32,000 bases of DNA, taken from assembly GCF_017352035.1 (NCBI RefSeq), contig NZ_CP071439.1; one strand, 5' to 3'. This document shows positions 16,107-24,837 of the stretch, one piece after another (the stretch's first letter is position 1; each line of letters starts with the position of its first letter). Position numbers and translations under genes: made by a program. This DNA comes from Escherichia coli. Lineage in GTDB: Bacteria > Pseudomonadota > Gammaproteobacteria > Enterobacterales > Enterobacteriaceae. The notes beneath the pieces are model-generated. The model was given only the letters and a program-made list of their open reading frames with translations. It did no database searches and had not been told where the DNA came from.

Positions 16107-18035
16107 TTATTCCTCCAATTGTTTAAGACTGCGGCTGCGAATCTCTTGTTGCAGCTTCTCGATCACTTCATTTACGTCCATGCTTCCCAGGTCTTTACCA
16201 CGGCGGGTGCGAACGGCAACTTTGCCTGATTCCACCTCTTTATCACCACAGACCAGCATATACGGGACGCGACGCAAAGTGTGCTCGCGGATTTTAAAGC
16301 CAATCTTCTCATTTCTCAAGTCTGCTTTAACACGAATGCCCGCATTTGATAGTTTTTGCGTCAATTCGTTAACGTATTCAGACTGTGAATCGGTAATATT
16401 CATGATAACAACCTGAACCGGCGCAAGCCAGGTCGGGAAGAAACCAGCGAATTCTTCGGTCAGGATACCGATGAAACGTTCCATCGACCCCAGAATTGCG
16501 CGGTGAATCATAACCGGTACCTTACGCTCGTTGTCTTCGCCCACATAGGAGGCGCTCAGACGAGACGGCAAGGAGAAGTCCAGCTGTACTGTACCGCACT
16601 GCCATGCACGATCGAGGCAGTCATACAGGGTAAATTCAATTTTCGGACCGTAGAAAGCGCCTTCACCCAGTTGATATTCAAACGGGATGTTGTTTTCTTC
16701 CAGCGCAACCGCCAGGTCCGCCTCAGCACGATCCCACATTTCGTCGCTGCCAATACGTTTTTCAGGACGAGTGGAGAGTTTGACGACGATCTTCTCGAAG
16801 CCAAAAGTGCTGTACATATCATAGACTAAACGGATACATCCGTTAACTTCATCGCGAATTTGTTCTTCAGTACAGAAGATATGCGCGTCATCCTGGGTAA
16901 AACCACGTACACGCATCAGGCCATGCAGCGAACCTGACGGCTCGTTACGGTGGCAGCTACCAAACTCGGCCATACGCAGCGGCAGATCGCGATAAGACTT
17001 CAGCCCCTGGTTGAAAATTTGTACGTGACCCGGGCAGTTCATCGGCTTAATGCAGTATTCACGGTTCTCAGAAGACGTGGTGAACATTGCATCTTTGTAG
17101 TTGTCCCAGTGACCGGTTTTTTCCCACAGAACACGGTCCATCATGAACGGACCTTTAACTTCCTGATACTGGTACTCTTTCAGTTTAGAACGAACAAACA
17201 CTTCCAGTTCACGGAAGATGGTCCAGCCATCGTTGTGCCAGAAGACCATACCCGGTGCTTCTTCCTGCATATGGTACAGGTCGAGCTGTTTACCGATTTT
17301 ACGGTGGTCGCGTTTCGCGGCTTCTTCCAGGCGCTGCAGGTAAGCGTTAAGCGCTTTTTTGTCTGCCCACGCCGTACCGTAAATACGTTGCAACATTTTG
17401 TTGTTGCTGTCGCCACGCCAGTAAGCCCCTGCCGTTTTCATTAGTTTGAAATGATGGCAGAAACGCATGTTCGGTACGTGCGGACCGCGGCACATATCGA
17501 CATATTCTTCATGGAAGTACAGACCTGGCTTGTCATCATGGGCGATGTTTTCGTCAAGAATGGAGACTTTGTAGCTCTCCCCACGGTTGGCGAAAGTTTC
17601 ACGCGCTTCGTGCCAGCTGACTTTCTTCTTAATGACGTCGTAGTTTTTCTCAGCAAGCTCATGCATCCGCTTCTCGAGTGCTTCGACATCTTCCTGGGTT
17701 AACGTGCGGTCAAGATCAACGTCGTAATAAAAACCGTTGTCAATAACCGGGCCGATTGCCATTTTGGTATGCGGCCAAAGTTGTTTAATCGCGTGCCCTA
17801 ACAGGTGCGCACAGGAGTGACGAATGATCTCCAGACCTTCTTCGTCTTTGGCGGTAATGATCGACAGTTGTGCGTCGTTTTCAATCAGATCGCAAGCATC
17901 AACCAGTTCGCCATTAACGCGCCCTGCGATACAGGCTTTCGCCAGACCTGGACCAATGTCCAGCGCAACATCCATGGGGCTTACAGCGTGGTCGTAATGG
18001 CGTTGGCTGCCATCAGGAAGAGTTATAACAGGCAT
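16107..18035 (-). CDS. thrS: Threonyl-tRNA synthetase
   Basis: 642 aa; TGS/editing domain plus class II catalytic core, [37 protein letters not shown]. Confidence 0.99.
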
Positions 18036-18056
18036 TTTATATCCTTATTTGCAGTG

Positions 18057-18077
18057 GTGACCCACACGAAAGATCAC
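18057..18077 (-). promoter_or_regulatory. thrS translational operator, anticodon-arm-like hairpin
   Basis: Minus strand GTGATC-TTTCGTGTG-GGTCAC hairpin with CGT in the loop just 5' of thrS, matching the described tRNA-Thr mimic in the thrS operator. Confidence 0.65.
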
Positions 18078-18108
18078 ATACAAAGAAAAATTTGTTTATT
18101 AACAGTTC

Positions 18109-18152
18109 ATTGCGAAACCATCTAGCCAACAAATGCTAAATTGGTTCGCAAT
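18109..18152 (-). promoter_or_regulatory. thrS operator, second long hairpin (acceptor-arm-like domain)
   Basis: ATTGCGAAaCCA (18109-18120) pairs with TGG-TTCGCAAT (18142-18152) apart from a one-base bulge; AT-rich interior. Confidence 0.55.
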
Positions 18153-18557
18153 CAGGTACACAAATGAAAGACATTAACCTCTCACCTTCCACCCGGTTGA
18201 ACGATGTTAACACTAAAAAAAGGGAGATTGTACCTTTCCGTTTCACATTGATTCGATTCGCAATTCGTTTGTAGTGAGTACACCAGCAAAACGCTTAAAG
18301 AACCACTGATAACATCACGGAGCGTCTGAAAGGTTTACTGCGAGCGGATTTGCAGCAGCATAAACTGAATCCAGCAAAGTTCGTTGCGTGATTTGGCGGT
18401 AGTATTTAAACGATCATGAGATTAATGACGAACTGGTCATATCACAATGATAAAAGTGACACAATTCTTATAGCAATTTTTCGTGCACATTTCGTTCTGG
18501 CGATAATAATTAATCATCATCCTCAAAACTTCCAGACATATATAAGGCGAATAGATT

Positions 18558-20456
18558 ATGAGTCAAAACGACATTATTATCAGAACTCATTATAAGTCTC
18601 CTCATAGAATGCACATCGATAGCGACATACCAACGCCTTCATCAGAGCCTATTAATCAATTTGCGCGCCAACTCATCACCCTACTTGATACCTCTGACTT
18701 AAGTTCGATGCTGTCATACTGTGTTACTCAGGAATTTACCGCAAACTGTCGAAAAATATCACAAAATTGTTATTCCACTGCCCTTTTTACCATTAACTTT
18801 GCCACTTCACCCATCCATGCAGAAAATATACTCATTACATTACACTATAAAAAAGAAATCATTTCCTTATTACTGGAAACCACGCCTATTAAAGCTAACC
18901 ATTTGCGAAGCATACTGGATTATATTGAACAGGAACAGTTAACTACCGAAAATCGTAACCATTGTATGAAACTGTCTAAAAAAATCCATAGAGAAAAAAC
19001 TATACAACCAACAGTAAATCTCAATGGTAGTGCATTTTTTTTGCAATCTCCTTCTGACGCTATTTTTTGTCGCCATCTGTCATTGCAATACGCCCTTGAT
19101 TCACTGAGAAATGGAAAAGGCAAAGTCAATCTGATTAAACATTACTCCTCCGTTGAATCCATACAGCAGCATGTCCCCTTAGTCCGGGACGCGGAGTTCA
19201 GATCATTACTTCGCCATCCTCCTGCAGGGAGTCGCGTTATCGCGAGTAAGGATTTTGGCTTCGCTTTAGATATTTTCTTCTGTCGAATGATGGCAAACAA
19301 TGTCAGTCATATGTCCGCGATTTTATATATAGACAATCATACTTTGTCAGTAAGGCTACGAATAAAGCAGTCAGCGTATGGGCAATTAAATTATGTTGTG
19401 TCCGTTTACGACCCGAACGATACCAACGTTGCCGTCAGAGGCACCCACAGGACAGCACGGGGCTTTCTCTCGCTCGATAAATTCATCAGTTCAGGTCCCG
19501 ATGCTCAGACCTGGGCTGATATGTATGTTCGCAACTGTGCAATTGCTTTTCTGCCCCTATTACCTGAGGGAGTTCCAGGGGCTATTTTCGCGGGTATTGC
19601 ATCACGAATGCCATTTGCCCCTATACATCCATCGGCAATGTTGTTAATAATGGCCACAGGCCAGACTCAACAGCTTATTACATTATTCAAACAGTTACCC
19701 ATACTCCCTGAAAAAGAAATCATTGAAATAATAACTGCGCAGAATAGCGTTGGTACACCTGCTTTATTTCTGGCTATGATGAACGGACATACTGACAACG
19801 TAAAAATATTTATGCAAGAAATTCAGTCACTGGTAGATAATCATATCATTCATGAAGATAATCTGGTTAAATTACTGCAAACTAAAAGTGCTAACGAAAC
19901 ACCTGGACTCTATATCTCCATGTTGTATGGATTCGATGAAATAATCGATATCTTTCTGAATGCATTAACCACTCCAATAACACAAGAGCTTTTAAGCAAA
20001 AAAATGGTGATGGATATTTTAGCAATGAAAACACGTGATGGTGAGCCAGGATTATATGCCGCAATGGAAAATAATCACCCTTTGTGTGTCACACGGTTCC
20101 TCTCTAAAGTTTATGGAATCGCTGTTAAATATAACCTCAGCAAAATTAACATCATGGATTTATTAAAAGGCGCAACAGCACATGGAACCCCTGCTTTATA
20201 CATCGCCATGAGCAAGGGTAATAAAGACGTCGTGTTATCTTATATATCAACGCTGGGTACTTTTGCAAAAAAATATTCTTTTAGTCAATGTCAGTTATTC
20301 ACATTGTTGGCCGCTAAAAATCATGACAACATGTCAGCTGTTCATATAGCCATTCATCATAATCATTATAAAACTGTAGAAACATATTATGCTGCTATAA
20401 ACGTAATCAGCCAAAGCCTGAGTTTTAGTGCTGATGAACTAAAGACGTATTTATAA
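18558..20456 (+). CDS. arpB: Ankyrin-like repeat protein ArpB, intact 632 aa ORF
   Basis: Single open frame, SD-like AAGGCGA upstream; recognised as the arpB locus by position (between thrS and yniD/ydiY) and by tandem xTPxLyiAM.ngh.d.v units. Confidence 0.85.
   Translation: MSQNDIIIRTHYKSPHRMHIDSDIPTPSSEPINQFARQLITLLDTSDLSSMLSYCVTQEFTANCRKISQNCYSTALFTINFATSPIHAENILITLHYKKEIISLLLETTPIKANHLRSILDYIEQEQLTTENRNHCMKLSKKIHREKTIQPTVNLNGSAFFLQSPSDAIFCRHLSLQYALDSLRNGKGKVNLIKHYSSVESIQQHVPLVRDAEFRSLLRHPPAGSRVIASKDFGFALDIFFCRMMANNVSHMSAILYIDNHTLSVRLRIKQSAYGQLNYVVSVYDPNDTNVAVRGTHRTARGFLSLDKFISSGPDAQTWADMYVRNCAIAFLPLLPEGVPGAIFAGIASRMPFAPIHPSAMLLIMATGQTQQLITLFKQLPILPEKEIIEIITAQNSVGTPALFLAMMNGHTDNVKIFMQEIQSLVDNHIIHEDNLVKLLQTKSANETPGLYISMLYGFDEIIDIFLNALTTPITQELLSKKMVMDILAMKTRDGEPGLYAAMENNHPLCVTRFLSKVYGIAVKYNLSKINIMDLLKGATAHGTPALYIAMSKGNKDVVLSYISTLGTFAKKYSFSQCQLFTLLAAKNHDNMSAVHIAIHHNHYKTVETYYAAINVISQSLSFSADELKTYL
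19752..20453 (+). repeat. Five in-frame ankyrin-like protein repeats with exact 144-nt period
   Basis: Equivalent codons (GTP/ETP/GEP/GTP/NMS) start at 19752, 19896, 20040, 20184 and 20328; last unit truncated at the C-terminus. Confidence 0.85.
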
Positions 20457-20622
20457 CCAGATATTTATATATCGATACATAATTTTATTTTTTTCATAAA
20501 CCGCAAAAACAGTGATCAGGTGTACAACGCCACCCGACGGCTGTAATAACAAAAAATCCCTTGATGCCTGTCCCTTTTGTTACACTTCGTTATCACGCAC
20601 AAGAGATATGCAGGACACTGGT

Positions 20623-20730
20623 ATGCCGACTAAACGCTTTGATAAAAAACACTGGAAGATGGTGGTGGTGCTACTGGCAATTTGTGGCGCTATGTTGTTG
20701 CTACGTTGGGCAGCAATGATTTGGGGCTGA
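20623..20730 (+). CDS. yniD: Small single-pass membrane protein, 35 aa
   Basis: MPTKRFDKKHWKMVVVLLAICGAMLLLRWAAMIWG; matches the known small protein YniD; ORF track start at 20512 is too far upstream. Confidence 0.88.
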   Translation: MPTKRFDKKHWKMVVVLLAICGAMLLLRWAAMIWG

Positions 20731-20749
20731 GCAGTGACAAACGAAGACA

Positions 20750-20775
20750 GCCAGACCGCATAACACGGTCCGGCA
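20750..20775. terminator. Possible weak bidirectional terminator between yniD and ydiY
   Basis: GCCaGACCG ... CGGTCcGGC imperfect hairpin between convergent genes; followed by AGATAATTTT. Confidence 0.35.
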
Positions 20776-20782
20776 GATAATT

Positions 20783-21541
20783 TTACATGCTGTAGCCCAG
20801 CGATAAGGTTGTCCGACGATCGGTATGTTCCGGTGCAGACTCTGGAGGTTCAGAGTTCCATGTGACGTTGTAAGCCACCTTCAGTCCAAAATGTTCATTA
20901 ATAGCAACATTTAATGCGCTTTCGGAGTTCAGCGTTGTGTCTTCCGCGCCAAAGACGGAAACACCCTGCGTAAATTTAGCGTTGTCAGTCAACTGCCATG
21001 CATAAGCCCCGGAGGCATAACCCAGCGGCTGGGTTTCACTGGCATTATCGGTATATTTGTCGTAACGCACACCTGGACCGAATTCAAAGCGGAAACTGTG
21101 TACCGGGCCATTCAAAAACTGGCGACCATAACCCGCGGTCAACACATCGCGCTCTCGATAGCCGTTATAACGGTCTGTCAGCCAGCTTGCCTGCCCAAAT
21201 AAATAGTCATAATCAGTTAAATTAAAACGGCTACGCCCGCCCGCCGCATATTTTTCTGAAGAACGCTCATCATTAGAAGAAGTATTACTGGCGTTCCCCC
21301 ACAGCGACCAGGCAGTGGTTTGTCCATACCAGGTCATGGTGGTGTCAGCCGTAAGTGAGGAGCTTTTCGTATTGCCTGATTGTGCAAGATATCCTGCGTT
21401 CAGATTACCTTCGAAAGGTTTTTTAGCGCTGGCAGGATCGTCCATGACAGTAAAAACGGAATCATCGGCAGCTGCATTCAGTGACGCAAACATGCCCCCC
21501 GCCAACATAACGATGGCAGGAACTGTCTTCAAAAGCTTCAT
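20783..21541 (-). CDS. ydiY: DUF481-family outer membrane beta-barrel protein
   Basis: 252 aa with signal peptide and alternating beta-strand pattern; recognised YdiY. Confidence 0.93.
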   Translation of the reverse strand: MKLLKTVPAIVMLAGGMFASLNAAADDSVFTVMDDPASAKKPFEGNLNAGYLAQSGNTKSSSLTADTTMTWYGQTTAWSLWGNASNTSSNDERSSEKYAAGGRSRFNLTDYDYLFGQASWLTDRYNGYRERDVLTAGYGRQFLNGPVHSFRFEFGPGVRYDKYTDNASETQPLGYASGAYAWQLTDNAKFTQGVSVFGAEDTTLNSESALNVAINEHFGLKVAYNVTWNSEPPESAPEHTDRRTTLSLGYSM

Positions 21542-21561
21542 TTATCAAGAGTCCGTACAAC

Positions 21562-21585
21562 AAAAAAAGAGACCTTCGCGGTCCC
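21562..21585 (-). terminator. Intrinsic-terminator-like element in the ydiY 5' leader
   Basis: Minus strand GGGACC-GCGAA-GGTCTC-TTTTTTT, about 20 nt upstream of the ydiY ATG. Confidence 0.6.
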
Positions 21586-21633
21586 GGAAACTTTCTTAAG
21601 GATCAAAGATTAGCGTCCCTGGAAAGGTAACGA

Positions 21634-21662
21634 ATTATAAAAAGGCGCGAATAACTTAGCAA
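21634..21662 (-). promoter_or_regulatory. Predicted sigma70 promoter for ydiY
   Basis: Minus strand TTGCTA (21662-21657), 17-nt spacer, perfect TATAAT (21639-21634). Confidence 0.65.
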
Positions 21663-21827
21663 TGTATTCTTATTTCATTTTTTGAATAAGCATGTGGCGA
21701 AAACAAATTTTTATTTATATATATTTATCTGCAAAATTTTAAATAAAGTTCTAATAAATCATATTGTTAATTTCTTCACTTTCCGCTGATTCGGTGCCAG
21801 ACTGAAATCAGCCTATAGGAGGAAATG

Positions 21828-22757
21828 ATGGTACGTATCTATACGTTGACACTTGCGCCCTCTCTCGATAGCGCAACAATTACCCCGCAAATTTATCCCG
21901 AAGGAAAGCTGCGCTGTACCGCACCAGTATTCGAACCCGGAGGCGGCGGCATCAACGTCGCCCGCGCCATTGCCCATCTTGGAGGCAGTGCCACAGCGAT
22001 CTTCCCGGCGGGTGGTGCGACCGGCGAACATCTGGTTTCACTGTTGGCAGATGAAAATGTCCCCGTCGCTACTGTAGAAGCCAAAGACTGGACCCGGCAG
22101 AATTTACACGTACATGTGGAAGCAAGCGGTGAGCAGTATCGTTTTGTTATGCCAGGCGCGGCATTAAATGAAGATGAGTTTCGCCAGCTTGAAGAGCAAG
22201 TTCTGGAAATTGAATCCGGGGCCATTCTGGTCATAAGCGGAAGCCTGCCGCCAGGTGTGAAGCTGGAAAAATTAACCCAACTGATTTCCGCTGCGCAAAA
22301 ACAAGGGATTCGCTGCATCGTCGACAGTTTTGGCGAAGCGTTAAGTGCAGCACTGGCGATTGGTAATATCGAGTTGGTTAAGCCTAACCAAAAAGAACTC
22401 AGTGCGCTAGTGAATCGCGAACTCACCCAGCCAGACGATGTCCGCAAAGCCGCGCAGGAAATCGTTAATAGCGGCAAGGCCAAACGAGTTGTCGTTTCCC
22501 TGGGTCCACAAGGGGCGCTGGGCGTTGATAGTGAAAACTGCATTCAGGTTGTGCCACCACCGGTGAAAAGCCAGAGCACCGTTGGCGCTGGTGACAGCAT
22601 GGTCGGCGCGATGACACTGAAACTGGCAGAAAATGCCTCTCTTGAAGAGATGGTCCGTTTTGGCGTAGCTGCGGGGAGTGCAGCCACACTCAATCAGGGA
22701 ACACGCCTGTGCTCCCAAGACGATACACAAAAAATTTACGCTTACCTTTCCCGCTAA
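21828..22757 (+). CDS. pfkB: 6-phosphofructokinase II (PfkB family, 309 aa)
   Basis: PfkB signatures PGGGGINVARAIAHLGG and TVGAGDSMVGAM; strong SD AGGAGG upstream; annotated-style start is the second of two tandem ATGs. Confidence 0.98.
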   Translation: MVRIYTLTLAPSLDSATITPQIYPEGKLRCTAPVFEPGGGGINVARAIAHLGGSATAIFPAGGATGEHLVSLLADENVPVATVEAKDWTRQNLHVHVEASGEQYRFVMPGAALNEDEFRQLEEQVLEIESGAILVISGSLPPGVKLEKLTQLISAAQKQGIRCIVDSFGEALSAALAIGNIELVKPNQKELSALVNRELTQPDDVRKAAQEIVNSGKAKRVVVSLGPQGALGVDSENCIQVVPPPVKSQSTVGAGDSMVGAMTLKLAENASLEEMVRFGVAAGSAATLNQGTRLCSQDDTQKIYAYLSR

Positions 22758-22764
22758 CTGAAAC

Positions 22765-22786
22765 ATTCCCCCTGCATTGGGGGAAT
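22765..22786 (+). terminator. Hairpin downstream of pfkB lacking a T tract
   Basis: ATTCCCCC (22765-22772) / GGGGGAAT (22779-22786), perfect 8 bp. Confidence 0.4.
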
Positions 22787-22857
22787 CACCACCAACCTGT
22801 CGGCAACGCGTTTCTCCGACTATGCTCAAAAGTCATGTGATAACAAAGGGGTGAACT

Positions 22858-23148
22858 ATGGCCAGTGGCGATCTTGTCCGTTATGTCATAACCGTCATGT
22901 TGCACGAGGATACATTGACTGAAATTAACGAGTTGAATAATTACCTGACTCGCGACGGTTTTTTGCTCACCATGACGGATGATGATGGAAATATCCATGA
23001 GCTGGGGACTAACACTTTTGGACTTATCAGTACCCAAAGTGAAGAAGAAATTAGAGAACTGGTTTCGGGGCTTACCCAAAGTGCAACCGGCAAAGATCCT
23101 GAAATCACCATCACGACCTGGGAGGAATGGAATAGCAACAGAAAATAA
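22858..23148 (+). CDS. ydiZ: Conserved small protein of unknown function
   Basis: 96 aa MASGDLVRYVITVMLHEDTLTEINELNNYLTRDGF...; locus position. Confidence 0.93.
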   Translation: MASGDLVRYVITVMLHEDTLTEINELNNYLTRDGFLLTMTDDDGNIHELGTNTFGLISTQSEEEIRELVSGLTQSATGKDPEITITTWEEWNSNRK

Positions 23149-23253
23149 ATGGTTTTTGGGCAATAATCAGTCTGTGGTGTGCGTTAGCTCGTGTTTTTAC
23201 ACCGCATTCTTGCGCTAACCTTATGATCTGGCAGACAACATGGGAGAGACATC

Positions 23254-24114
23254 ATGTGGCAGGCAATCAGTCGTCTTTTGAGCGAGCAGTTAGGTGAAGG
23301 CGAAATCGAACTGCGTAATGAACTGCCTGGCGGAGAAGTCCATGCCGCATGGCATTTGCGCTATGCAGGACGTGACTTTTTCGTCAAATGTGATGAAAGG
23401 GAACTGCTTCCCGGTTTTACCGCCGAAGCCGACCAACTGGAGTTACTGTCGCGTAGTAAAACCGTCACCGTGCCTAAGGTTTGGGCAGTTGGCGCTGACC
23501 GTGACTACAGTTTTCTGGTGATGGACTATCTCCCACCTCGCCCGCTGGATGCGCATAGCGCATTTATTCTTGGTCAGCAAATTGCGCGTTTACATCAATG
23601 GAGCGACCAACCGCAATTTGGCCTCGATTTCGATAACGCGCTCTCCACAACTCCCCAGCCCAACACCTGGCAACGTCGCTGGTCAACTTTTTTTGCTGAA
23701 CAACGGATTGGCTGGCAGCTGGAACTGGCGGCAGAAAAAGGGATCGCTTTCGGCAATATCGATGCCATCGTCGAGCATATTCAGCAGCGTCTGGCCTCGC
23801 ATCAACCGCAGCCTTCTCTGTTGCACGGCGATTTATGGTCCGGCAACTGTGCGCTGGGTCCGGATGGCCCGTACATTTTCGACCCGGCCTGCTACTGGGG
23901 TGACCGAGAGTGCGACCTGGCGATGTTACCGCTGCATACTGAACAGCCGCCACAAATCTATGACGGCTATCAGTCAGTATCCCCGCTACCTGCCGATTTC
24001 CTTGAACGTCAACCGGTTTACCAACTCTACACGCTGTTAAATCGTGCAAGGTTATTTGGCGGTCAGCATTTGGTTATTGCTCAGCAGTCACTGGATAGAT
24101 TATTAGCAGCATGA
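23254..24114 (+). CDS. yniA: Fructosamine kinase family protein
   Basis: 286 aa; aminoglycoside phosphotransferase/FN3K-like LLHGDLWSGNCALGPDGPYIFDPACYWGDRECDLAM. Confidence 0.95.
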   Translation: MWQAISRLLSEQLGEGEIELRNELPGGEVHAAWHLRYAGRDFFVKCDERELLPGFTAEADQLELLSRSKTVTVPKVWAVGADRDYSFLVMDYLPPRPLDAHSAFILGQQIARLHQWSDQPQFGLDFDNALSTTPQPNTWQRRWSTFFAEQRIGWQLELAAEKGIAFGNIDAIVEHIQQRLASHQPQPSLLHGDLWSGNCALGPDGPYIFDPACYWGDRECDLAMLPLHTEQPPQIYDGYQSVSPLPADFLERQPVYQLYTLLNRARLFGGQHLVIAQQSLDRLLAA

Positions 24115-24131
24115 TACGGGTTGAGGATAAT

Positions 24132-24156
24132 GGCCGCTCCGTGCGGCCTTTTGATT
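24132..24156 (+). terminator. Intrinsic terminator between yniA and yniB
   Basis: GGCCGC-TCCGT-GCGGCC-TTTTGATT. Confidence 0.75.
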
Positions 24157-24691
24157 AAATAAACCCCAGCAGAGAAAAGAACACATAACCTGCAGCAATA
24201 CAAATAACCGGCAGGATATACAGCGAGAAAAACTGCAGGAAAATAGTATGGTGCGGCACAACAATACGTGACTCAATTTGTTCACGCGTTAGCCCCTCTT
24301 CCCCTTTGGCTTTTTCCAGAATGAGTTGATCTTCAACACCTTCCCGCAAGAAGCGCGCCTGGCGACTCATCCGGGCACCGGAATCCTGCAACGCCAGTCC
24401 GACAAAAATCAGGATGAAAATCACCCAGAACATAACGTTCACGCCACCATTAAAATTGGGCGTCGGGGAGTTATACCAGAACAGATTCAAAAAAGGCGTA
24501 TTCGCCTGCATCATATCGATCATGACATGAGTAAAGTCGAGCATGACCGCATTAATGCCTTCCTGGTTTTCCTGCCGGGTATTCATAAATTTCAGCAAAG
24601 AAATCAGTGTAGAGATCAATGCAGGTATAAAAATCACCCAACCCAAAATCCTTTTCAAAACAGCAATGCGTCCAGCTTGTTGATACGTCAT
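24155..24691 (-). CDS. yniB: YniB family inner membrane protein
   Basis: 178 aa, several TM-like segments; recognised sequence and locus. Confidence 0.92.
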   Translation of the reverse strand: MTYQQAGRIAVLKRILGWVIFIPALISTLISLLKFMNTRQENQEGINAVMLDFTHVMIDMMQANTPFLNLFWYNSPTPNFNGGVNVMFWVIFILIFVGLALQDSGARMSRQARFLREGVEDQLILEKAKGEEGLTREQIESRIVVPHHTIFLQFFSLYILPVICIAAGYVFFSLLGFI

Positions 24692-24837
24692 GAGTTCTCC
24701 TTGATTAAGACGCGTCGTTTCACTTAGTTTACCTGTAGATATCTGTTTTCGCCCATTCTTTAAAGGCGATATGATAGGCGCTTAATCATAAGCACGGCTT
24801 AATACCTTACACATAATGCTCTAAAGGAGAGGTTGTA

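Noticed and set aside
20512-20622. Long N-terminal extension of the YniD ORF
   Set aside because: The annotated 35-aa form starts at 20623; the 37 extra codons look like leader sequence and not a transmembrane small-protein sequence.
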